Positions 26,648-36,113 of a stretch of DNA of 64,000 nt are shown here, one piece after another (the stretch's first letter is position 1; every line of letters begins with the position of its first letter). The notes beneath the pieces are model-generated. The model had not been told where the DNA came from. It ran no database searches and saw only the letters and a list, made by a program, of their open reading frames with translations. Position numbers and translations under genes: made by a program. This DNA comes from Deltaproteobacteria bacterium. Its GTDB lineage: Bacteria > Desulfobacterota > Dissulfuribacteria > Dissulfuribacterales > QOAL01. The DNA lies in the NCBI GenBank assembly GCA_015493475.1, contig WGDC01000026.1:19116-83115 (forward strand). The letters run 5' to 3'.

Positions 26648-28408
26648 GTGTTAAAAAATCTACTTAATTGCGGGGTCATTTTCTTTTGTCTTGTTTTTAC
26701 CGTTTCGACTATCTGGGCAGAGGGTGCATGCACTGTTCAGGTAAAGGTTAATGGAGTAGAAGGGAAAGTACGCGAAAATGTGGTGTCACTTCTTGAGATA
26801 TGTGCTGAGAAGGACAAGGAGGGTCTCAGCCCTGCACGGATAGAACACCTTTTCAGAAAGGGCTATTCAGAAATAAGAAAGGCCCTTATGCCCTTTGGCT
26901 ACTTTAATCCAAGTATAAAGGGGAATCTCAAGAAAGGGCCCGGAAGGTGCCACTTCAAGGTAAGATACGACATCCACAGGGGACCGGCGACAACCATTTC
27001 TCATGTTGAAGTAAGGCTAACCGGCCCTGGAAAAGGGGAATTAAGGCCTTTACTAAAGAAATGCCCTTTAAAGACTGGTGATATTTTCAAACAGGAACGC
27101 TACGAGACCTTTAGGGAAGACCTTATTTCAAAGGCCCAGGCCCTTGGCTACCTTGATGCCTTTTATAAGCGGCATGATGTAATCGTTGACCCGATAACCA
27201 ATAGGGCCAGGATCATTCTTCATCTTTTTACTGGCCAAAGGTACCATTTCGGGACCTTAACATTTGAAAAGACCTTGCTCTCACCTTCCTTTTTAAAAAG
27301 GTTTGCAGATTTCAAGCGTGGAGAGCCCTTTGACGTATCAAGGCTGTCACGCTTAAAGACACGGCTTCTTGACTCAGACTACTTCAGGGACGTGCAGCTT
27401 GACTACTCCAAGGAAAATGTATCAGGGGAAAACGCTGTTCCTATAACAGTTACATGTCCCATGAAAAGGCCCAATGTCTTCAGGCTTGGTCTTGGTTACG
27501 TATCCGACGTTGGTCCAAGAGTGACCCTTGAATGGCAAAAGCGTTACCTTGGAAAGATGGGGCATCATTTAAGGAGCAGGTTCCAGATTTCCTCGGAGGA
27601 GACCCTTATTTCAGGCGAATACCTTGTTCCACTTAAGAGGCCCTATAGCGACTACCTATCCCTTCAACCCTTTATAGAGCACTACGATACCAGCTCGAGA
27701 AACGGTTGGCAGTACAACGTCTCCCTCATTTATTCCACGGCCTTGGAAGGGGGCTGGAGAAGGAACGCAGGTGTGAACTTTGGTTACGAGGATTACACCA
27801 TCGGCGGAGAAACCAACAATAGCAAGGAGCTTCGGCCCTTTGTCTCCTGGAATAAGTCAGTGGCTGACAACGTCCTTTATGCAAACAGGGGCTATTCCAT
27901 AAAGCTTGGCATAAGTGGAGAGTTGGGTAGATTCTTCGCAGAAAAATCCTACTTGAGCTCGCAATTAAACACCAAGTTCATAAGGCGTTTCCTTAGGGAC
28001 TACAGGATTATAACCCGTATGAATCTGGGCGCGACAGTTACGCCAAGGGTTGATAAGATCCCATCATCAGCCAGATTTTACGCAGGGGGCCAAGGCAGCA
28101 TAAGGGGATTTTCCCTTGAGGAACTTGGCCCAAAAAATCCGAAGACTGGGGACGTTATCGGGGGAAGATACCTTGCAGTTGGAAGCCTCGAACTTGAAAG
28201 GCACATATACAGGATTCTCAGCGCGGCCGTCTTCCTGGATATTGGCAACAGCTTTGACCCAGACTACGAAAACAGGGTTGAGGTTGGGACTGGATTCGGC
28301 TTGAGATTGAAGACCTTACTTGGGCCAGTAAGGCTGGATTTCGGCTTTGGTGTGAGCAGGCCTTCCGTGCCCTTTAAATTTTACCTGAGTGTGGGGCCTG
28401 ACTTTTAG
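26648..28408 (+). CDS. tamA: Omp85-family translocation and assembly module protein TamA
   Basis: Signal peptide, POTRA-like N-terminal repeats and an Omp85 barrel ending ...KFYLSVGPDF. 586 aa. Immediately followed by the TamB-like gene. Confidence 0.85.
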   Translation: MLKNLLNCGVIFFCLVFTVSTIWAEGACTVQVKVNGVEGKVRENVVSLLEICAEKDKEGLSPARIEHLFRKGYSEIRKALMPFGYFNPSIKGNLKKGPGRCHFKVRYDIHRGPATTISHVEVRLTGPGKGELRPLLKKCPLKTGDIFKQERYETFREDLISKAQALGYLDAFYKRHDVIVDPITNRARIILHLFTGQRYHFGTLTFEKTLLSPSFLKRFADFKRGEPFDVSRLSRLKTRLLDSDYFRDVQLDYSKENVSGENAVPITVTCPMKRPNVFRLGLGYVSDVGPRVTLEWQKRYLGKMGHHLRSRFQISSEETLISGEYLVPLKRPYSDYLSLQPFIEHYDTSSRNGWQYNVSLIYSTALEGGWRRNAGVNFGYEDYTIGGETNNSKELRPFVSWNKSVADNVLYANRGYSIKLGISGELGRFFAEKSYLSSQLNTKFIRRFLRDYRIITRMNLGATVTPRVDKIPSSARFYAGGQGSIRGFSLEELGPKNPKTGDVIGGRYLAVGSLELERHIYRILSAAVFLDIGNSFDPDYENRVEVGTGFGLRLKTLLGPVRLDFGFGVSRPSVPFKFYLSVGPDF

Positions 28409-28411
28409 AAT

Positions 28412-31400
28412 ATGAGCGGAAAAATCCTCAAGGCAACCATTGCCCTAATTGGCCTCCTGGCGTTTTTATTTTTCTCCACTTTCTATACCGAGCTGGTGCC
28501 AAGGTTGCTTTTTATGGCAGCCGGGGAACTTTCAAAAGGCGCAATACAGGCAGGAGAAACAACCGGAAGCCTTTCAAGGGGGCTTGATATAAAGGGCCTG
28601 AAGGTAAGGGGCCAGGGGTATTCGATGATTGTCAGAGGCATTCTCATCAAAATGGATCCTTTGAAGCTCTTCGAAAGGAATGTCTGTATCGATTTTCTCG
28701 GAGTGGGGACAATCGATGTCAGAATTGAAGAAGAAAAAGGAAACCAAAATAAAAAACACAGCCCGTCAGTAACCGGTTTGCCCAAATTTTGCCTCAAGTT
28801 CATCTTTAAGGATGCCAGGGTGCGGGAGCTTTCCATAAGGACCGGCAAGAACGAATCCCCTTTTATTATAAAGGATGTTGAACTTTCAGCATTCTTAACG
28901 GGGAAAAACTTTCGTCTAAAGCGCCTAAGGGGCAGGCTTTCAGAATACGAATCCACCTTTGTTTTGGACGCCAACGCTTCCGTCCTAGGAAAAGGTCTTG
29001 GTCTTAGCGCCCACGCCGTTTTTGTAAGGATGCCCAGAAATGCCAGAAAGACGGTTATTGATGCCACATTAAGGGGGGATCTTAAACGCCTATTTATCAC
29101 GGGCAGGATGAGAGGTGTTCCAACGGGCACTTTAAGGGGTGTCTTCTACGATATCCTCGGGCATCCGAGGTGGCGCTTCCTTGTTGATCTTAAGAGGCTT
29201 AACCCGAAAGATTTCGCCCATAGATTCCCATCTGCCCTCATCCATGCGCGGGCTAAGGTTCGTGGCGGAGATGGAAATGTTCTTGCCTTCCTAAAAGGAG
29301 ATTTCACCCTCCCTCGGAAAGAAAAGGGCACATTTTCCATAAAAGGGGAGTGGACCAGAGAGGGACTCCTAGTAAAAAAGGGCATAGTTTCAACACTTGG
29401 AGGAAGGCTTAGCCTTACTGGCAGGCTCTTTAAGGACTCAAGTTTCAGGGCAAGGGCAGATTTACTTGACATCAACCTCGGTATCCTCTTTCCAGATATT
29501 AAGGCAAAGGTTTCAGGGGCCGTGGAGGCATCCGGGCTGTTGGGTGGAAAGAGGGGCCCCATGGCAAGTGTCCGCCTAAAAGGCGTTCAAGGAAGACTAA
29601 ATGGCAGGCCATACCTTCTTAAGGGAGCAGTGGTTTTAAAGGCCGGGGACATAGCAATGAACGACATTTACTTCAAAGGTCCCAATACCTCCTTGTTTGT
29701 TAACGGCCTATGGAAGGAGTCAAGCCAGGATGTAAAGATCGCATTCAGGAGCACGGACCTTTCAGCCATCTATCCAAATGTTAAGGGACAGGCAAATGTA
29801 AAAGGCCATATATTTGGAGGCAGAAAGGATCCCGGGGTTCATCTTTACGCGCGCGGAAGAAATCTTTCGTGCCCGCAGGTAGCCTTTAAGACACTGAAGG
29901 TCGCCCTTGATTCGGCTGCCCTTGCAACATCGTCAATAAAGGCAATCCTACATGCAACAGGCGTTTCTTTCAGGGAAATTGCCTTAACAACCCTGCATGC
30001 CTCTTTTAAAGGCACAAGGATGAGACATACTTTCAGGGTAGAATCCCAGGGTCAAGGTATCATGGCGGACATGACAATATCGGGAAGTCTCAACGAGCGA
30101 CTTCAGTACACGGGTCTCCTTAAAGAGATAAATCTTGGGTCAAGTCTTTCAGGAAAATGGAGGCTGGTTAAACCCGCACGTCTTTCAATAGGCAGAAATG
30201 GCCTTGGTATTACCGCTGTTTGTCTCTCAAATAGACAGCAAGGAGGCAGGTTTTGTATCAACGGAGAGATGGGAAAAAGTCGTATGGGGCTTGAGCTTAC
30301 GTCATCTTCCATGCCACTTAAACCCTTTTCCACCCTTTGGGGCGGCATGGCCTCCATGTCAGGCACCTTTGATTGCAGGCTAGGTTTTCATAGAGACGGA
30401 ACATCTTCAAGGGGAAGCCTATTTCTTGAAACAAGGGATGCATCAGTCTTTTTCGAGGAAATACACAGGTCCCAGCCGTTAAAGTTGATTGCAAGGGGGA
30501 TGCTTTCAAAAAAAAGGCTTTGGGCCAATGTGCTTGCAAGACTTAACAGGGATACCGAACTTTCCGGAAACGTAACGCTTCCTGGATTTTTGCAGGGAAA
30601 CACCAGATTCAAAAAACAGGAGATAGTCGGCAGGTTTACCCTTCTTTCTAACGAGTTATCAATGATTCACGAGTTTTTCCCTGAGGTCTTTGTATATGAC
30701 GGAAAGCTAAGGTCAAAGCTAAGGTTTTCTGGAACTCAAGACAATCCTCACCTCCGGGCCAAATTGCAACTTTCGAACGTAAAGGCCGATTACCCTGAAT
30801 ATGGCATTATGCTCCATGTCAGGGATGCCTCCCTTGTTCTAAAGGACCAGGATCTTCAAATGGTTGCACTTCTTAAGAGTCCTGAAGGAAATCTGGCCAT
30901 AAAAGGGAAGGGCAGGTTGAAACCAAGGGACCTTGATCTTCTGCTTAAGGTCAGCGGGAGGGACTACAGGGCAGTCACCACTCCTTATGAGAAGGTTTTT
31001 GTTTCACCTGACCTGTTCGTATTCATCAAAAACAACCACATCAAGATAACCGGAACCATCATAGTGCCTCGTGCAAGTATCCAAGGGCTTTCCGCTTCAT
31101 CCTCTGCCATTGTGCCCTCCCCTGATATCAAGATCGAGGGAGAAAAGGATGAAAGGAGCAGAGAAACAACCAAAGTCTTCCTGGACGTCAATGTCGTTTT
31201 GGGAGACGGCGTAAAGGTAGGGGTCTATGGCCTGGAAGGGAGCATCAGGGGCAGAATAGGGCTGAAGAGTTCCCCTTCAGGCCAGTTACTGGGAACCGGC
31301 ATCTTGTCAATAAAGGACGGAACCTATTCGGCCCTTGAAACCAGGTTAAAAATAAAAAAGGGCAGCCTCCTTTTCTTTTCAAGCCCGCTTGACAACCCGG

Positions 31401-31849
31401 AACTTGAGATCGAGGCGGTACGCAATGTAGGCGACAGCCTTGTGGGATTCAGGATAAATGGCACGCTGAAGAACCCGGTTGTAAAACTCTTTTCAGATCC
31501 ACCCATGCCGGAATCAGAGATAGCGAGGTACCTTCTCGGAGGCAAAAATGGCACGGGAATAACAAAAACCAGTGTAATTGCAGGTGGTGCAAATCTTCTC
31601 TTGTCTCGTATAAGACAAAGACTTGGCATTCTCAACGAAATAAAGCTTGAGACTGGCCAGACCTCTGATGACCTGTCACTGATGGTGGGCACCTATCTCC
31701 GCCCTGACCTCTATCTGAAATTCATAAATGATTTTGAGGACAAGGTCACGAGGTTCATACTGAGATACGATTATTCAAAACATATAGAAATAGAGGCGGA
31801 AACGGGCGAATCCCCCTCTGCCGCTATTTTTTTCAAACTCGAACGGTAG
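28412..31849 (+). CDS. tamB: translocation and assembly module protein TamB
   Basis: 1145 aa. N-terminal membrane anchor and a long beta-rich repetitive body. Starts 3 nt after the tamA stop. Confidence 0.82.
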   Translation: MSGKILKATIALIGLLAFLFFSTFYTELVPRLLFMAAGELSKGAIQAGETTGSLSRGLDIKGLKVRGQGYSMIVRGILIKMDPLKLFERNVCIDFLGVGTIDVRIEEEKGNQNKKHSPSVTGLPKFCLKFIFKDARVRELSIRTGKNESPFIIKDVELSAFLTGKNFRLKRLRGRLSEYESTFVLDANASVLGKGLGLSAHAVFVRMPRNARKTVIDATLRGDLKRLFITGRMRGVPTGTLRGVFYDILGHPRWRFLVDLKRLNPKDFAHRFPSALIHARAKVRGGDGNVLAFLKGDFTLPRKEKGTFSIKGEWTREGLLVKKGIVSTLGGRLSLTGRLFKDSSFRARADLLDINLGILFPDIKAKVSGAVEASGLLGGKRGPMASVRLKGVQGRLNGRPYLLKGAVVLKAGDIAMNDIYFKGPNTSLFVNGLWKESSQDVKIAFRSTDLSAIYPNVKGQANVKGHIFGGRKDPGVHLYARGRNLSCPQVAFKTLKVALDSAALATSSIKAILHATGVSFREIALTTLHASFKGTRMRHTFRVESQGQGIMADMTISGSLNERLQYTGLLKEINLGSSLSGKWRLVKPARLSIGRNGLGITAVCLSNRQQGGRFCINGEMGKSRMGLELTSSSMPLKPFSTLWGGMASMSGTFDCRLGFHRDGTSSRGSLFLETRDASVFFEEIHRSQPLKLIARGMLSKKRLWANVLARLNRDTELSGNVTLPGFLQGNTRFKKQEIVGRFTLLSNELSMIHEFFPEVFVYDGKLRSKLRFSGTQDNPHLRAKLQLSNVKADYPEYGIMLHVRDASLVLKDQDLQMVALLKSPEGNLAIKGKGRLKPRDLDLLLKVSGRDYRAVTTPYEKVFVSPDLFVFIKNNHIKITGTIIVPRASIQGLSASSSAIVPSPDIKIEGEKDERSRETTKVFLDVNVVLGDGVKVGVYGLEGSIRGRIGLKSSPSGQLLGTGILSIKDGTYSALETRLKIKKGSLLFFSSPLDNPELEIEAVRNVGDSLVGFRINGTLKNPVVKLFSDPPMPESEIARYLLGGKNGTGITKTSVIAGGANLLLSRIRQRLGILNEIKLETGQTSDDLSLMVGTYLRPDLYLKFINDFEDKVTRFILRYDYSKHIEIEAETGESPSAAIFFKLER

Positions 31850-32167
31850 CGTCAGTAGGGGAATCAGTGGTCTTAACTCCAAAGTCTCGTCTTGCAGCAT
31901 TACACCATTTTTTGATCTTCAGTTGGCTCTATCTTTTCAAGGCCACTTCGCTCGCTACCTGCCATTTTCATCTCGGCAGGATGCCTCCGGCGGGGCGGTT
32001 CCCTAAAAAATTAACGTATGCTAAACAGTACAACTCTATTTGTTGACAACTGTTAGAATCCGGATGTCTTGACACGAATAGCCTGTTTTTTGTTTCCTTG
32101 AAGATGTCGTCGTCCCCAAAGACCTCTTCCGTTTTTAAGATTTATCGGTTGATTTATACGAATTTCT

Positions 32168-35100
32168 TCAGGGATTTTCGCTAATTGGCTGTCTTAATGC
32201 GTAAGATACCTCCTTGATGCTCCCGCTGAGTCCTGGGATTACCCTTATGGCCTTTATGGACAGGGATTTCCCGTTTTTGCCCTGCTTAAGGAGCCTTCCT
32301 TCAATGGTGAGTATCTCGCTGGTGTATATGACTTTCCCCCATCTTTCCTGCACATTGGGCATGATCACCGAGTCAAAGAGCCCCGTTTCATCTTCAAGGG
32401 TTGCAAATATTATCCTTTTGCCAGAGCGGGTGGGAGGGGTATGAAAAAAGATGACAAGGCCTGTCACCACTACCCTGCTGCCTGAAGGAAGACTTGAAAG
32501 CATGGAGGCAGGCATGGCTCCCTTCCTGAAAAGACCCCTTCTTAAGGCAGAAAGCGGATGAAAATGGCAGTATACCTCCATGAACATTCGCTCAAGGAGG
32601 ATCTTTTCAAGCCGCGTATCTTTCATGGAAACTTGAATATGGCGAGGTATCCACGGGGAGCCCGGAAAGAGCCCCGGAAAAGATTATGCCGTAACGGGCA
32701 GCCCTTGAAAGCCTGATCCTTGAGAAAAAGTCCTCCCAGCTCCTGAACCTGCCCCCTTTTTGTCTTTCCGAAACGATCTTTCTTGCCCCCTCAATGCCTA
32801 TGCCCCTTATTACGTGGAGGGGCACGCGGATGCCATGGCCTTTCCGCCTGTATTCCCAGCCGCTTACGTTTACGTGGGGAGGAAGGGTCTTGATGCCGGC
32901 CCTTCTTGCCTCGTTAAGTATCACAAATGGCGGATAGGAGCCCACGTGCCCTGCATTCAAAAGCCCTATGTAAAAGGCTATGGGCTGGTGGGCCTTAAGC
33001 CAGGCGCTTTGCCAGGTGATGTGCGAGAAGGATACCGCATGGGCCTTGCAGAATCCGTAGGCTGCAAAGGCCGCTATGCGCTCAAAGACAAGCTCGGAAA
33101 GGGCCCTGTCCCTTCCCATCCTTTTTGCCCTCTCCATGAATGCGGCCTTGAGCCGGCCCATCTCCCCCTTGGAGCGGTCCTTTGTCATGGCGCGCCTGAA
33201 TGCGTCTGCATCAGAGTATGAAAAACCAGCAAAGCGGTGCACTATCCTGAGGACCTGTTCCTGAAAGACAATTACCCCGCAGGTTGGGGAGAGGATGTCT
33301 GATAGGCATTCGTGTAGTATGTCCGTCTCTTCAGCGCCGTCTCGCCTCTTTATGAACCTGTTTACCATGTCTGACTTGACAGGCCCCGGCCTGAAAAGGG
33401 ATATCTCTATAACAATGTCATCAAAGCACCTTGGCTGGAGCCGTCCCACAAGGTTTCTCTGGCCAGATGACTCTATCTGGAAGACCCCAAGAGTGTTTCC
33501 TGAGCAGAGAAGATCAAAGGTCCTTTTGTCATCAAGGGGCAAATGGTCCATGTCTATGCTCACCCCTTCCTGAGTGAGCACCTCCATGGCCTTTTTTATG
33601 GCAGTGTGCATCCTTAGCCCCAGAAGGTCCAGCTTCAAAAGGCCCAGGATGTCAACGTCATCCTTGTCGAGCTGGGCAACGGGAAAGCCCTTTCTGGAAG
33701 GAAAGACCGGGCTCCAGTTGTTTATGTGATCAGGAACGAGGATTACGCCCCCAAGGTGCACAGAGGCCTGAAAGGGGAGCCCCTCCATGGATGCGGCCAC
33801 GCAAAGAAGGGCCTCTTCGTGCCTAAGGGGCGAATCCTTGAGCTCTGGCAGCCTTTCTATGGCCTCAAGAAGGGGAATGCCCCTAAGTGACCAGGGAAGA
33901 CACCTTGAAAGCCTGTCTATCTCCTTTAGGGGATAGCCCATGGCCCTTGCCGCAAGCCTGACGGCACCCCTCACCCTCATGGTGTGGACGGTTGATACCA
34001 GGGCTGCCTGCATCCTTTCACCAGAATAGCCTGTGCCATAGGTGGCGGCAGCCGGTGAAAATCGCTTAATGAGCCAGCCTGTTACCTCGTCCCTTCTTTC
34101 AGAGTCAAAGTCAATGTCTATGTCCGGAAGGTCGTTTCTTCCATCATTTATGAATCTTTCAAAGAGAAGGCCGTGTTTAATTGGGTCGGGGCCGCCGTGA
34201 AGGAGATGGACAAGGAGGGAGCCTGCCGCAGAGCCCCTTATGGAGTGCCTTATCCCCCTTTTTCTGGCAAAGAGGCACAGCTCGTTTACAAGGAGAAAGA
34301 AATCGCAAAGCCCCTTTTTTCTTACTGTTTCAAGCTCCCTGTCAAGGGCGGTAATGTAGGAAAACGGGGTGAGCGTTCCTTTTCGGGCAAGACACTTTAG
34401 GGCCCTTCTTGCAAGTATCCTTTCCGCCTCCTCCTTTTTCCTGAAACGAGGGGGATGAAGCCTTCCTTTTGGAAATGAAAAACCAGAGCACATCCTTGCT
34501 ATCTCACCTGAAGCAGGTATGGCCTCTTGGATTTCCATCTTTCTTGACATCTGCTCCTTTGAAAGGAGAAAGAAGGAGTCGTTTGGAAGGGGGCGGATGT
34601 CCCTGTGGTGATGCCTTCTTTGGACCTCAACAAGTATCTTGTGGACCTGAAAATCTCCCCTTTCAAGGTATGCCGTGTGATTTAGGGCAACGGCCCCCAG
34701 GCCGAGTTTTCGGGAAATTTCCATGAAAAGCAGGTTTGCATCCCTGTCTGAGGGCACGTTTTGCTGAAGGGAGATGTAGAGGTTTCCTTCTCCAAATATC
34801 CTTTCAAGCAAAAGGATGCGCCTTTTGCATGCGTCCATACGCCCTTTGGAGGCCTGTTTCCTTAAAAGAGAGCCGTGGCATCCGCAAAGACAGACGATCC
34901 CTTTACCCAACCCTTCCACCTTTTTAAGGGGAAACGGGGAAGGGGGCCTCTTGGTGTTTTTCTGCCCCGCAAGCCCTGCTGAGATGATGCGGCAGATGTT
35001 TGAATAGTCTGAAAGGTCCTTTGCAAGAAGTACCACCCAGCCTGCGCCTTCAAGCTCAATACGTGCGCCCACTATGGGCTGCATCCCCTCTTTGAGACAG

Positions 35101-35267
35101 CACCTGTAGAACCTGGCAACACCCCAGGTGTTCCAGATGTCCGTAAGGGCCACTGCCTCCTGCCCCAGGCCCCGTGCCCTCTTTACCAGGGCCCCTGGAG
35201 AAAAGGTGCCATAGAGAAAGGAGTAGGCGCTAGTGACATCGAGATTTACAAAGTTCTGTTTTGACAC
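32168..35267 (-). pseudogene. dnaE2: error-prone DNA polymerase DnaE2, split by a frameshift into 886-aa (32607..35267) and 152-aa (32168..32626) ORFs
   Basis: DnaE2-type degenerate PHP N-terminus (FVNLDVTSAYSFLYG). Catalytic LPDIDIDFDSERRDEV. The OB-fold (VVVTGLVIFFHTPPTRSGKRIIFATLEDETGLFDSVI) is encoded in a different frame that overlaps by 20 nt. Confidence 0.75.
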
Positions 35268-35271
35268 GTGC

Positions 35272-35889
35272 TTATCCCCTTCTCCTTATTATGCCTGCAA
35301 GCCTTCCGAGGATGTGCACCCGTTTTGCCTCTTTCCCCTTAAAGACAAGGGGCTCGTATGCGGGGTTTGCCGCATGGAGCTCCACTTTATCCCCTGTCTT
35401 TTTGACTATCTTGAGGGTTGCCTCAAGAAGAAGGCCCTTCACCTGCACCGCTGCTATCTGGCCGCTTTCAACATCCGGGCAGGGACGGATAACGGCAATG
35501 TCCCCGTCCTCGATGTGGGCATCTATCATGGAGTCCCCTCTTACGTAGAGGCCAAAGCAGTCCTCGTGGCCAAAGACGGAGCAGTCCACCTGAAGCTCTT
35601 CAAGAAGGTCGTCTTGAGCCTCGATGGGAATGCCTGCGGCAATTCTCCCAAGAACCGGCATCTTTTTGGGGGAAAAGGGCCTCTTTACAGGCCTCCATGC
35701 CCGTTTCTTTCCGGGGATGGAGCTTAGATACCCCTTTTTTTCAAGGCTTCTTAGAATCCTGTGCACCCCGGAGGTGCTCTTAAGGCCGAAATGTTCGCAT
35801 ATTTCCCTTATGGATGGGCTTATGCCCTCCCTTTCAATGTGCCTCTCTATGAAATCAAGCACCTGCTTCTGCCTTCTGGTGGGTTTCAT
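35272..35889 (-). CDS. lexA: LexA repressor
   Basis: Winged-HTH N-terminus (KQVLDFIERHIEREGISPSIREICEHFGLKSTSGVHRILRSLEKKGY). S24 peptidase core (VRGDSMIDAHIEDGDIAVI ... K). I place the start at the ATG at 35889, because the track TTG at 35925 would put the SOS box inside the CDS. Confidence 0.92.
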   Translation of the reverse strand: MKPTRRQKQVLDFIERHIEREGISPSIREICEHFGLKSTSGVHRILRSLEKKGYLSSIPGKKRAWRPVKRPFSPKKMPVLGRIAAGIPIEAQDDLLEELQVDCSVFGHEDCFGLYVRGDSMIDAHIEDGDIAVIRPCPDVESGQIAAVQVKGLLLEATLKIVKKTGDKVELHAANPAYEPLVFKGKEAKRVHILGRLAGIIRRRG

Positions 35890-35896
35890 GTACTCT

Positions 35897-35925
35897 ATTA
35901 TAGTGAACAAATGTTCACCCTTCAA
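35897..35925 (-). promoter_or_regulatory. lexA promoter (TTGAAG-N17-TATAAT) enclosing the SOS box
   Basis: On the minus strand: -35 TTGAAG, a 17-nt spacer that contains the SOS box, and a perfect -10 TATAAT. The ATG lies 7 nt after the -10 and has no Shine-Dalgarno sequence. Confidence 0.6.
35903..35918. promoter_or_regulatory. SOS (LexA) box, GAAC-N4-GTTC type
   Basis: Perfect 16-bp palindrome GTGAAC-AAAT-GTTCAC, 14 nt upstream of the lexA ATG. Confidence 0.8.
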
Positions 35926-36029
35926 GATGGTGAATCAACGTGCCGGCCCTTGCCAATTGTTACGCCGGGCTCTTAATTTTATGCCGTCCGGGTCCGCCAC
36001 GGTAAGAAGATGGGCAAGCCGACTATTGC

Positions 36030-36059
36030 TTGATTATTTTTTCGGATTTGCTGTACAAT
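36030..36059 (+). promoter_or_regulatory. candidate sigma70 promoter of the TonB-receptor operon
   Basis: TTGATT-N18-TACAAT, about 55 nt upstream of the receptor ATG. Confidence 0.45.
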
Positions 36060-36113
36060 AAATGTCAAGAAAATTTGTATTGAAATCTTTTTAATTCAGG
36101 AACTGCTGCCGAA

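Noticed and set aside
31850-32167. 318-bp gap between convergent tamB and dnaE2: looked for a terminator, sRNA or small ORFs (for example a 23-aa ORF after a GGAGG)
   Set aside because: Only a weak 6-bp hairpin without a U tract is present. TTGACA-like hexamers lack properly spaced -10 elements. The small ORF has a 12-nt RBS spacing and no distinguishing features.
35926-36029. Possible cobalamin riboswitch upstream of the TonB-dependent receptor (GGTGAATC..., GCCACGG..., GGGCAAGCCGAC resemble B12-element pieces)
   Set aside because: There is no convincing B12 box (AGYCMGGAGACCKGCC) and no GGGAA element. The segment lies upstream of the best promoter candidate (36030-36059), so it would not be in the mRNA leader. 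A covariance-model search would settle it.
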